From NCBI GenBank assembly GCA_053919585.1, contig CM132792.1: DNA of 64,000 bases. The stretch is one strand, 5' to 3'. The position numbers and the translations under genes were made by a program. A model generated the notes under the pieces. It did no database searches, was not told the DNA's origin, and saw nothing but the letters and a program-made list of their open reading frames with translations. Position 1 is the first letter of the stretch. Each line of letters begins with the position of its first letter. Source of the DNA: Euprymna scolopes. Its lineage: Eukaryota. Shown in pieces: positions 12,832-23,555 of the stretch.

Positions 12832-13238
12832 TTGAACACCCCCTCCCAGGAGGGGGACCTTCGTGGCCTTTTGGCCAAGATCAAAGCGTAGTATCTGTTC
12901 CGGTAGATACTGTAAGTAACGACCATATGTGGGAGCAACCCCACATATAAGACCTTGGTCAATGTAGGGGCAACCCTTCATATCAATTGTCACTATCCGG
13001 GGGAGTTGGCCCCCATTTCCCCTTCATTCCTCAGATTAAAAAATCGACCTTGTTCCTAATTTACTCGGTGGGGGAGCAAATAAATACCAACCCCACATAC
13101 CAGTGTGCAAATCACTATCGAGCTTCCATTTCCCACCTCTCGAATGCTGGTCCTTTTTCCCTTCACTCTCCTCCCCTCTCTCCACATTAAAAAACGACCT
13201 TGCCTAATTTGCTCAGTTGGGAAGCAAATAAATACAAT
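12832..13238 (+). mobile_element. Insertion with a U2 snRNA-derived head (SINEU-like or chimeric retrocopy) flanked by a 15-bp direct repeat
   Basis: ATCCATTCCCTATCT at 12817-12831 and 13239-13253. U2-like segment starts at 12857; the element ends in a hairpin plus AATAAA. Confidence 0.7.
12857..13014 (+). ncRNA. U2 snRNA-derived sequence (variant or pseudogene; no canonical Sm site)
   Basis: CTTCGTGGCCTTTTGGCCAAGATCAAAGCGTAGTATCTGTTC matches the U2 5' end (stem I and the GUAGUA branch-point recognition sequence at 12888). It is followed by hairpins at the IIa/IIb/III positions and a loop-IV-like ATTGTCACTA. Confidence 0.75.
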
Positions 13239-13250
13239 ATCCATTCCCTA

Positions 13251-13317
<67 letters not shown>

Positions 13318-14420
13318 ACACGGATATTGCTAGAGTTGCATCTTTATTTTGTTACTTAGTCCATCGCCTCCTATTCAGATGAGAAGGAGTAGACTTCGAA
13401 TATCTGGCATAAAGAGTTTTGATAACCTCTACGCCCTGTATTTTATCGTCTTGTTTAAAATGGATGACTAAATCTATATGCAGCATTATATATTTTTCTA
13501 TATTCAATATAGTTTCTCTTGTATTCAAGCTCCACCTGGATGTCGTTGTTTTTAAATATTTTATTTAAAGAAATATTATATACATCTGGGATCCTTTTTA
13601 TATACCTATACACAACAGACGATTTAAAGTTATATCTCCTATATTTTATACTACCCTAATGGGTAGAGCGTTTTTTTTAAATTAAATTTCTATGATTATC
13701 GAATGTATGCATTCGTACTTAATAGTTAGATCTCTGTTTCACTTATTGACAATGCAAGGCTCTAAGAAAGCACCCTTGTTATGGACGTGCACCAAAAGGA
13801 GAGAAATATAATTTTATTATAAGTGGAACAGCTCGATATTAACTGATGCTTTCTGCACGTTTACGAGGCCGGTGTCAGCAAAGTTAGGAGAGGAGTTCAT
13901 CGTATGACACTAAGACTGGTAATCACAATATAGAAAAATATATTTTCGAGTACCAAATTTCACTCGTCTTGATTGCACTGGGTCCGTTTTCCTATGCCCT
14001 TAAACGATTAACTTTTGAATGTAAAATGAGCAGGCCTTTTAAAATAGTGCATTTGAGCGCATGCTAAAATATAACCAGCAGCAAAGGTTGGTTAGATCAC
14101 GAAAGGATTAGCAACGACAATAGCTGAAAAAAAGCGCATATTCAAATAAAGAAGTGTCCGTGAGAAGAAAAATAGAAAAAAAAGGAAAACAATGCACCAC
14201 GTGATCGGGAGAAGCAAAGTACCCGTGGTCAGCAAGTGGTTGGATGAAGTAGAAACGCTACCAGACTAGATGGACATGTGCAGAGAATGACTATTTAAAT
14301 GCTGTCGAGAGGGGAGAGTAGCGATAATATGAATGTATTTTTAAAAATGTCGACACGGATTTTTATTTCTTTACTTCTTTTGTAACTGCAACGTTACAGT
14401 CTCACTTTTGTCACAGCCGT

Positions 14421-14476
<56 letters not shown>

Positions 14477-14639
14477 ATTGAATCACGATAAATTTGACAT
14501 ATCCTTCATAGCTTAAACGGGGAGTAACTCCCATAGATCAAATAAATAAGCTTACTTTGAAAATAAATTAATCACGACATACATTAATTTTTAAATAAAT
14601 TAAACAAATTAACTGAAGATAAGGGTTAATATGAAGTTC

Positions 14640-16430
14640 ATACTAGCTTTTTAACTTTATATTTGTAAGAAATTCCAAGAGTTCTCCGCAAACTAAGCAT
14701 GTGAAATGTGTTCAGTTTCTGTTCTTTGTGGCTGTAGAGTGTCCATGCTTTGCTGTGATACAGATGGATGTTGGTGACACTGGCCTCCGAGATGATAAGG
14801 TGTTTATTTTCCCACATCATAATTGTCAATTAAACAAGAGTTGTGGGTGCCTTCACAATGGGCTTATTGAGTTCTACATCGAGAGATATGTTTTCTGAAG
14901 ATATTGGAATTGATTGATTACATATAAGCACTGTCGAATTATACTGATGCTGCAAGATATGGCTCGTGACGTGGATTAAGATGAGGCTGCATTCTTTGCA
15001 AACGGTGAAATACCTTCGCAGAATTTTGGTCAATAATAGCAACTTGTCGGACCTTTGGTTTGGATCGAGTGCGGTTGATGCTGAAGAGACGGGCTCCGAT
15101 CTGGAACGATGCTAAAGTCCGTTTTCTAAAGAATTTAATGCATGTATCAGGAGAAGTACAAAGAAAATGTCAAATAATGTGGAACCATGCACGTATCCTT
15201 GTAGTGTATTGTATGCGCTTGTTACCATACGTCTTTTTACACCTAATTCAGCAAGCTGTCTGTATCGAATTCCTCGGTGTAAATCATATAGTCGTGACAT
15301 AACGCTATAAGGCTCAGGAGCTTGGGAGGGCAACCAATGAGAGGCAGTATCTTAAATAGTCCATCTCCACTGACTGGGTGGAATGGCATAGTGAGATCAA
15401 TGAAGACAACGTAGAATGATCCGTTTTACACTTCTCCTGCAGCTGGCATACTAAGAAGATAATGTTAATTGGGTGCGACAACCACACTGTGATTTATGGT
15501 ATATTCTCTTAGCACAAACCTGCAGTTTCGCTAGATGCGGGAAGCCATTTGCCAACGGTGTTTAGTAGCGATGCACCCCTATAATTATTAATTGTGTATA
15601 AGATAACTATTTTTGCATTTATCATATTCTCAGGGACAGCGCGTTCTTCCCAACAACGTGACAAGACTGTGTATTATGATTTTAGGGGAAGAGACTTGCA
15701 ACTCTTGATAATGTAACCTGCGATGGAATCAGTAATCGTTTTTTTTTTCGATGTAAGTTTGCCAATCGCCTAGAAAACATCTTCGATGGTTGTTGGTATG
15801 TCAACCGCAAGTAATTTTTCGTAGTGTGGGATCGTATGAAAGGCGATCTGGCTTACGTTTTTATTCTATTGAATAAGTAGTTCTCCACACATCTGTAAAG
15901 TTGTTGACAGAATTTCTCCTATCTTGGAATCTATGCGAGCGGCATTTAACGCACTTGAACCGGTTGCTTTCATAAAGCTGTCATGCATTACTTTTATATT
16001 TCCAGTTTCTGCAGTTTTTTGTTGGATGGAGTTGCATTGTTTGTTCTAGTACTCATTTTACACATGCAGGGATTGATAGCCTTAACCGAGATGTTCAAAG
16101 GGTTATTAGCGAGTCTTTACTTGGATTAATCTTGTATTTCTGAAGAACCATCTTGTGTTCTAGTTTCTTAGAGTTCGTATCGTATATACTGTTTGTTCAC
16201 CCTTTATTCTCTCAAAGGTTGAGATTACAGCAGCATGTGCGATCTTTCTTCAGATCTTTTTTGGAATTTCTATAGCTGAGCCGTCTGAGTGAATACAGAA
16301 AGGGAAACAAGTCCTATAAAATTTAGAAGTGTATCCACGCAAGCAGGTCAGAGCGGTACTTTCCACAGTCTCTACCAGCTGCTGCAGTAAATGCTGTCCT
16401 AGACATACTGGTCTCACTATCCATCCGAAG
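14640..16430 (-). mobile_element. Decayed RTE-clade (BovB-like) LINE, RT region
   Basis: Minus-strand fragments QLQEKC, VFIDLT..F..VS.DGLFKILPLIGCPPKLLSLI and WTLYSHKEQKLNTFHMLSLRRTLGI. Confidence 0.85.
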
Positions 16431-16537
16431 TACACCTCTGAAATCGATGAAAGTAGAGAGAAAGAGAGAGAGAGATTTGTGCTTTGGCATATCAACATAT
16501 CTCTACCAATGCTGAGGCTTGCACTTTGAAGGGACAA

Positions 16538-16852
16538 TGTAGTACTTACCAACAAAACAAACACCCACGTGTGTGTGCCTTGTATAGGCATGCGCGACAA
16601 CAAAACTTGGGTTTTCATAAGCGTAAGTCTCGAGGTTGTCAGGAATCTACAGGCGCGTGCACAAGAGAAGGGATTGAGATAGTGGAATAAAAGGCAGGTC
16701 GAGTGAGAAGGTTGTTGTTGTTGTCATTGGACGTTACAGTGATGCGTGCGTTAGCAGGTGATTAAGAGGCTGGTCTTTTTTTGTGTGTCAAGTCGCGCAC
16801 CTCGGTGGAGATCATATAAGTCGTGCACCTCGGTGAAGGTGAAGGTCATAAA
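16538..16852 (+). repeat. 5' LTR
   Basis: Starts TGTAGTAC; roughly 93% identical to 19881-20196 by manual count; has a ~28-bp tandem duplication near its 3' end. Confidence 0.95.
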
Positions 16853-16862
16853 CTATTTCGGC
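16853..16862 (+). promoter_or_regulatory. Non-canonical primer-binding site, complementary to tRNA-Phe nt 1-10
   Basis: CTATTTCGGC directly after the LTR is the reverse complement of GCCGAAATAG. Confidence 0.6.
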
Positions 16863-16893
16863 TATTTCGTTTTGTCTCTTTTCCTGGACAACT

Positions 16894-17323
16894 ATGGCTG
16901 GGGCAAAGTTTGATTTAAAACTGATACCCGAATTCAACGGATCCACTTCTGTTGTCGACTGGGTCGAAAGGGTTGAGCTGACCTGCAACCTCTGTGAAGT
17001 AAAGGGGGTGCATACCGTGATTCCCCTGAGATTGGCTGGAGGCACCCTAAGTGTATATCAGCAACTTAGTGCCGTGGAGAAGGCTGATATTACCTGTATA
17101 AAAAATGCTTTATACAAGGCATTTGCCATGGATCCCTGCACGGCCTACGAAACATTTGCCTCTAGGAAGCTCATGCCAGGTGAAACCGTGGACGTCTTCT
17201 TCGCGGAGCTGAAGAAACTTGCAGTTCTATTTGGCAATGGAGTGTCAGAGCAAACACTGGCGTATGCGTTTGTGGCCGGCCTTCCCACCCGTGTTAAGCA
17301 ACTGTTGAGGGCTTCCACGATGT
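16894..17323 (+). pseudogene. gag: Gag (capsid region), C-terminally truncated
   Basis: MAGAKFDLKLIPEFNG..IPLRLAGG..ETVDVFFAELKKLA..FVAGLP..LLRAS; homologous to the gag at 48235. Confidence 0.85.
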
Positions 17324-19883
17324 TTGGAAACCCCAGTGTGTGCTGCAGTTCACATTGATCGGCCTGATTTTAAGGTGGACTACGACCCTCACCAAAAAGC
17401 ATGGACTGCATCGTGGAAGTGGACAGAAGGAAGGGCGCCAACCGAACTCAAGAATAGCATTGCAGAGTACTCGGTACCCGACAAGGCCCGTAATGAATAC
17501 GAGAAGGAACTTGATGCATGGATCCAGGATGGATGGCTGATCCCCTACCCCAACAAGCTGGGACCACCCAAGGGTCTGATTCCCTTAATGGCGGTAGTCC
17601 AGTATAACAAATCAAAAGTTCGTCCGGTGCTGGACTATCGTGAACTCAATAGATACATTGAGACGTACACTGCCGATGCTGACGTGTGCGCCAGCAAGCT
17701 GAGAGAATGGCGCCAGAAGGGCTCCAATGTGTCTATAGTAGACTTGCGGAAGGCTTATTTGCCGGTGCGAGTGGATGAGACATTGTGGCCGTTCCAGACA
17801 GTGTGGTTCCGGGGTCAGAGATACTGCCTTACTCGACTTGGCTTTGGGCTGAATGTGGCACCGCAAATCATGAAGACCATCGTAAATGCAGTGTTGTCCC
17901 AGGAAAAGACCACTGAGGACGCAACATCGGAATATATTGACGATGTGTACGTCAAGAAAGACGTACAATCTGCGTCGCACGTCAGAGAAGAGTTAGCTCA
18001 ATTCGGGTTGGAGTGCAAGGGTCCCGAACGTCTGAGGGATGGAGCACGGGTATTAGTATTGGACGTTTGCGGGAAAGACGGTACCTTACGATGGAGGCGT
18101 GGCAGTGAGTGATGTTATTACGCGGCGGACTATTTTTTCCTTGTGTGGGAAACTTATTGGTCACTTACCAGCGTGTGGCTGGCTTCGAGCAGCTGTGGGC
18201 GTCATCAAACGCAGGGCAAGTTTAGTAACTACAGGTTGGGATTATGTATCTGATGATGCTCTTCTAAATCTGATGACGACAGACACCCTAGAGAGAGTTA
18301 ACAAGGAGGACCCTGCCCGTGGAGAATGGTGTGTCGATGGGGACACTGTGAATGTTTGGGTTGACGCTAGTTGGGAGTGTTATTGGAGCAACGTGGAAAT
18401 GTAATTAAAGACGCGTGCTGGCTGCGACCCGTGAATTATGCTCAACACATCAATCTGGCGGAACTGGATGCTGTTATGAAGGGTTTAAATATGGCACTGC
18501 AATGGCAGTCAAAGAAGTTACACTTGTACACGGATTCTCTCTGCGTCTACCACTGGGTGTCCGACACTCTTTCGGGACGAACGAGAGTCCGCACTTAGGC
18601 AGACAGTGAGATGTTAATTCGGCGGAGGCTAAACACCCTGAAGAGTCTGGTATCAGAGTATGACCTGTCAGTGAGTGTAACGCTCGTGGCATCACACTGT
18701 AATCGTGCAGACCAACTAACCCGTGTGCCTCACAAATGGTATGAAGCTGTGAAGACAGGCGTGGAGTTCGCTGCTCGATCTTGCGCAGTTGGCGCGATTA
18801 GCTCATGCCAAATACAAAGAATTCATGTGCAGAGTGGATATCCAGGTATCAAAAGAACTTTGTATTTTGCGAGGCGTGTGGACCCGGCAGTGACAAGGGC
18901 GGATGTCAGGCAGATCATCACGCACTGTGAGGCATGCCAGTCTATCGATCCTGCACCTGAGCAATGGCAGAAGGGGCGATTGGAAGTTGAGCATGTGTGG
19001 CAACGATTAGCGATGGATATTACCCATTACAGTGGTAAGCCCTTTCTAACCCTTATCGACTGTGGACCTACTCGTTTTGCGGTGTGGCGGCAAATGACCA
19101 GGCAGGACTCGGCGAATGTTGTCCGCCAACTGTCATCTATCTTTTCTGGGCGAGGTGCGCCGGAAGAGATATTGACGGACAACGATGCTGTTTTTTGTAG
19201 CCACCAAGTTCGGCAGTTGTTGAATGAGTGGGGTGTCCGACTACGACTGCGATGTGCTCATGTGACATCAGGGAATGGCATTGCTGAGAGGAGCCATCGT
19301 AGCATCAAGAGAATTGCTGCCAGACAGCAATGCACCGTTACGGAGGCCACGTATTGGTATAACATCACACCAAAGGATGGGAAGACACTAACAACAGCAC
19401 CGGCCAATGCCATACACAAATACCGTGTTAGGATAAAGGGCATTGACACTGTCAAACCAATCGACGAGGACAGTCATGACAAATACAAGGTAGGGGATCC
19501 AGTTTGGGTTAGAACCCCTGGAAACCGGTGCACCGCCAAGTTCAAGCGAGGACGAATATCTGGAGTGGTCAGCCAGCAGTCGGTCATTGTTGATGGAACC
19601 CCATGTGCGCGATCTTCGCCCAGCTAGTGAAGTACATCCCACAACTACAGAGAGCGATGAATCATCAAATAATGACCTGCTGATGAGTGAGGTCACCGAG
19701 CAAGAGAGTGGTAGTTGTAGTTCGTCTGATCAGGCAGGATCAGAAACAGAACCAGAACCACACCCAGAACCAGAACCAGAACCTGAATCCGAGATTCTAA
19801 ATACCACCCTTCGCAGAAGCCAACGAACTAAGAGGCCACCTCCGGAGTGCACTCTATGTGATCATCAGATCAGGGGGGAGTGT
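17324..19883 (+). pseudogene. pol: Pol (RT, RNase H, integrase) with frameshifts and stops
   Basis: RT: RPVLDYRELN, VDLRKAY, LGFGLNVAP, YIDD. RNase H: WVDAS, INLAELDA, YTDS. Integrase: H..YPG..CEAC, MDITH, TDND, NGIAER. Confidence 0.95.
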
Positions 19884-20196
19884 AGTACTTACAAACAAAA
19901 CAAACGCCAACGTGTTTGTGTCTTGTATAGTCATGCGCGACAACAAAACTTGGGTTTTTATAAGCGGAAGTCTCGAGGTTGTCAGGAATCTACAGGCGCA
20001 TGCGCAAGAGAAGGGATTGAGATAGTACTATAAAAGGCAGGTCGAGTGAGAAGGTTGTTGTTGTTGTCATTGGACGTTACAGTGACGAGCGCGTTAGCAG
20101 GTGATTAAGAGGCTGTTTTTTTGTGTGTGTGTCAAGTCGCGCACCTCGGTGAAGATCATATAAGTCGTGCACCTCTGTGAAGGTGAAGGTCATACA
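19881..20196 (+). repeat. 3' LTR
   Basis: TGT...ATACA following the PPT; TATAAAAG at ~20029. Confidence 0.95.
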
Positions 20197-20219
20197 CAAT
20201 TCTAACTACACATCGTCGA

Positions 20220-20613
20220 TCTAATCCTATGAATTGAAGTTGCCGATTATAAGCCCAAAGCTAAATATGCGTGGAACTGGGCGGCGGCAGTCGTTCCTGA
20301 CGATAAAAGGGGTTTCTTAGCCTTCATCGGACAGCTACCTCCTCTGAGTTCTCAGCAAGGAAGATATTGTTCTGGCACTGATCAGCTGCTTCGTGGAGTC
20401 CATGGGGCATTAGATCTCTTCTAAAAATTTGACGAAAACCGATGCCTCGAACAATATAACACAACTCAAAAAGAAACCAGCACTAAAGTACGGGTGTTGG
20501 ATAGTCTCCACTAACACGCATAAAACTGCTGTCCTCAACAAAGTATTATTGCACCCAGAGATTGCATTGCCGCCCTGCAAGAAATACGTTGGCACTGACA
20601 ATGAAGATCTTGC

Positions 20614-20615
<2 letters not shown>
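20220..20615 (+). mobile_element. RTE LINE 5' region and start of AP endonuclease
   Basis: KKKPALKYGCWIVST..KTAVLN, then IAALQEIRW in a shifted frame. Confidence 0.7.
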
Positions 20616-20693
<78 letters not shown>

Positions 20694-21446
20694 TTTTGAT
20701 AGGATAAATGTTATTTACAAAGGCGCCAGTAAAGAAATATTTTTACTGTAGATGCGTTTAAATATTTCAGACAACAAATATTCGTTAAACATTCTAAGGG
20801 GTTGCATTTTATTAACTCGACGTTTTCCGACTCAATTTGTAGACATATGTTTAAAATACCTTATTTTTATTTTTTGAAATGTTGTGTGCAGCCATTTTCA
20901 AATCAATATCCTCACGATTCTCTCATCAATTACGAACATCACAAATTGATACAACATTCAATAACATGAGGCACAAGAAAGCGCCGGTTAATGACTTTCT
21001 TGATCAACCAGTCATGTGCGTCGAACAGTTTTTATTTCATAGTCGTTTAACTATGAGCATACATAGATCCGAGATTAAAACGTTTCATTTACTCTGGGAA
21101 TTTCATTTCATATCACAACACAAATATTGACAGTGATGATTCTTTTACAGATATGAATATTCTGATGACTGTTTCCTCTTATATGAGTGAATAAAGTCAG
21201 CTTAGCATAGTTTGTTCAACGAGTGTGAAATCATGTCTGGCAAATCAAAAATATAGGGATGGCTATCGCGATGAGAACGTTAAATCCATGAAATATCACA
21301 TTTGCTACTGATATAAATATCACTAAATAGTAAACTCATATCATTAAACAGCAATGAAAAAAATAATTAGACTCAGGGGAGATTCTGGCAAAAACTAAAG
21401 TTTATATGAACGAATATTTAGTGGATTATATTTAATTTTCCCCAAT

Positions 21447-21597
21447 TTGTAAAACATCCTAATAGTACGTTGTATTTGTTTTTTTGTAAAGCATCCTAAT
21501 ATAAGTTTCTTTTGTCTTTTTGAAAACCTCCTAATATTAAGTTTATTTATTTTTTTGTTTTTGTAAAGCATCCTAATATTAAGTTTCATTTGTCTTT
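21447..21597. repeat. Minisatellite, ~4 units of 37-45 bp
   Basis: Recurring TTGTAAAGCATCCTAATATTAAGTTT. Confidence 0.85.
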
Positions 21598-22630
21598 CTC
21601 AATAAGGTTTAATTTATTGTTCAATACAAAGTACTCGTTAGTTGATGATAATCCCTTTTTGTACTTTTCTCCAACCAAAAAAAATTATATTACTACTTGG
21701 ACGTAAGAGTTACTTTTAGGAGCATGTCTAACAAGGCTATTATTTGGGATCGTGTAGAACAAAGGAGGAAAGGGAATTGATCACTTAAATGTCTGTTTAT
21801 ATTAAGGGAAACAAAACAGCAAGGAACTTCAAAACCTAGGATAGAAACAATTGGAATAGAAGTCTTCCCGAGATGTAAGGACGTGAACAGCAAAAGAATG
21901 GGATTTTCTATTTGTTGAGTTAATCGTAAGTATGTACCTCGAGAGACGCACATACTTACGAACATATTCAATTTAAGTAATTACAAAATAGATACAGGAA
22001 TGGAACATCGCGGCGATGAGATACAGATTTGGGCTTGATCGATAGTGGGGGACTCATATTTGAGATTATTAATTAGACTCTGTCTAAGAACAAGAGACGA
22101 GTGGTAAATTCACCAGTTCATATATGGCACCAATATCACATGCCTTGGTGAATTGTGGCTCTGTAAAGATATATAATGCTCTTAGGCGTGAGAATATTTC
22201 TAGCTCGATAAAGGAGTCCAACTGAGCGAATATTACATTTATAAAGTGACTTTTCTGAGAACCTATTTACATTTTGTTAGGATTAAAAGGCAAAAAAAAA
22301 CAGCTGTAAAGGGTATGTACGTAAACATACTTAAGATATATTGTTCAACAAGATAAATTTGATTTATTGCGGACTATTATCCTTATCTTTTCTTAGTTGT
22401 TTCACGACGTTTCGGCCAACTATTCCTCTGGCCTTCGTTAGAAAAATAGTCCGCAATAAATAAAATTAATAAATAATATTCATCTCAATAATGAATTCCA
22501 ATTAAATAATATGTTCTATTCCCTACGGACTCGACTATGGAAGATCAGATGATAAATAAACATGAATTTATGAATCCAAAAAATTCAACCTTGATCGCTC
22601 TTTAGCGGCGCAGTTTATAGAGAGATTTCA

Positions 22631-23349
22631 TTTTTTTTTACACAGTGATCACCACTTATCAAGGCCCGGAAGCCACTCAGGGATAAGGGTTATTGCAAGT
22701 GCATTACGTTAGTGTGGAGATTTGATGAAGTGTTTACTTAAGGGGGCGGTTCATTAGGAATTTGTTAACATTGGACTTGAAGACATTCAAGTTGCAGTCC
22801 GGTGGGAAGCAGGCAGACGGAACAGAGTTCCACAGGCGTACAGTTCTAAGAAAGAAGCTTTGTTCATGGAATCTTTTTTTTTTGACAGTGGATTCGGCTA
22901 GACGGGTGTTTTTCGTGAAAGATTGGCGAGGGGGGACCAGAGATTGGAGTTCAGACGAGCACCTGCCATGGAAATAACGATAAAACAAGGATAGGCTCGC
23001 AACGTCTCTTCTGTGGGAGAGAGGTTGCAGGGTAGAGAAAAGGGCATCCCCCACTAAGCCACGAAGTGTATTTTGTACTCTGTCAAGGCAGGATTGGCTG
23101 TTTTTTGCAGCTCCTGCCCAGATATGGCAACAGTATTCAATCCTTGGACGTACTGGCTTTTATATAGATAGAGAATTGCATCAGTATTGAGATATCTTCT
23201 GAAGCGGTAGAAGGATCCCACCATCTTTCCAGCGACCTTGGCAACAGACTTGATGTACGTGTTCCATTTCAGATCAGGAGTAAAGGTCAAACCCAGAAGC
23301 TTGTCAAAACACGGGGCCTCACCCAGACGAGAGCCATCCATCACAATTG
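22631..23349 (-). mobile_element. CR1-like LINE 3' part (family A)
   Basis: ORFs KLLGLTFTPDLKWNTYI..LYLYKSQ and LQPLSHRRDVASLSLFYRYFHG..WNSVP; poly(A) appears as a T run at 22631. Confidence 0.95.
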
Positions 23350-23514
23350 GCTCGGTTCCAAGCGAACATTGTCTGAAGATAGCGGTTTCAATCCTACCCA
23401 AGGCCGACCAGAGGCTTACTTGGCCAAAACGTGGTGAGCGAAACCAACTGCGGAAGGCAGTAATTGCCGTGGATGCAGTCAGGAGATTCAGAGTTCCTAT
23501 CCCGTCGCGGTTAC

Positions 23515-23555
23515 CACCTGACGAAGCCAGAGGAATAGTTGGCCGAAACTTCGTG
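23515..23555 (+). ncRNA. Minimal hammerhead motif (cleavage-triplet G mutated)
   Basis: cac-CTGACGA-AGCCAG(aggaatag)TTGGCC-GAAAC-TTC-gtg; the inverted copy keeps GAAAC-GTC. Confidence 0.65.

Larger units (their letters stand above)
16538..20196 (+). mobile_element. Gypsy-like LTR retrotransposon, internally deleted (no nucleocapsid knuckle or protease) and decayed
   Basis: Paired LTRs, gag, RT, RNase H and integrase in Gypsy order; PPT AGGGGGGAG at 19872-19880. Only CAA is duplicated at the flanks, so the TSD is unclear. Confidence 0.95.

Noticed and set aside
12857-13014. Functional U2 snRNA gene, or a pistol/HDV ribozyme
   Set aside because: No AUUUUUG Sm site or proper stem IV, and it is embedded in a repeat-flanked insert. 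Pistol and HDV pseudoknot pairings could not be completed.
16670-16870. Tf1-like cis self-priming via LTR sequence TGAGATAGT
   Set aside because: It pairs with the PBS only using G-U wobbles, lies upstream of the TATA-like box, and has no clear equivalent in the second element.
21447-21597. CRISPR-like repeat/spacer pattern
   Set aside because: Degenerate repeats with T-rich related spacers in a eukaryotic context with no cas genes; a minisatellite.
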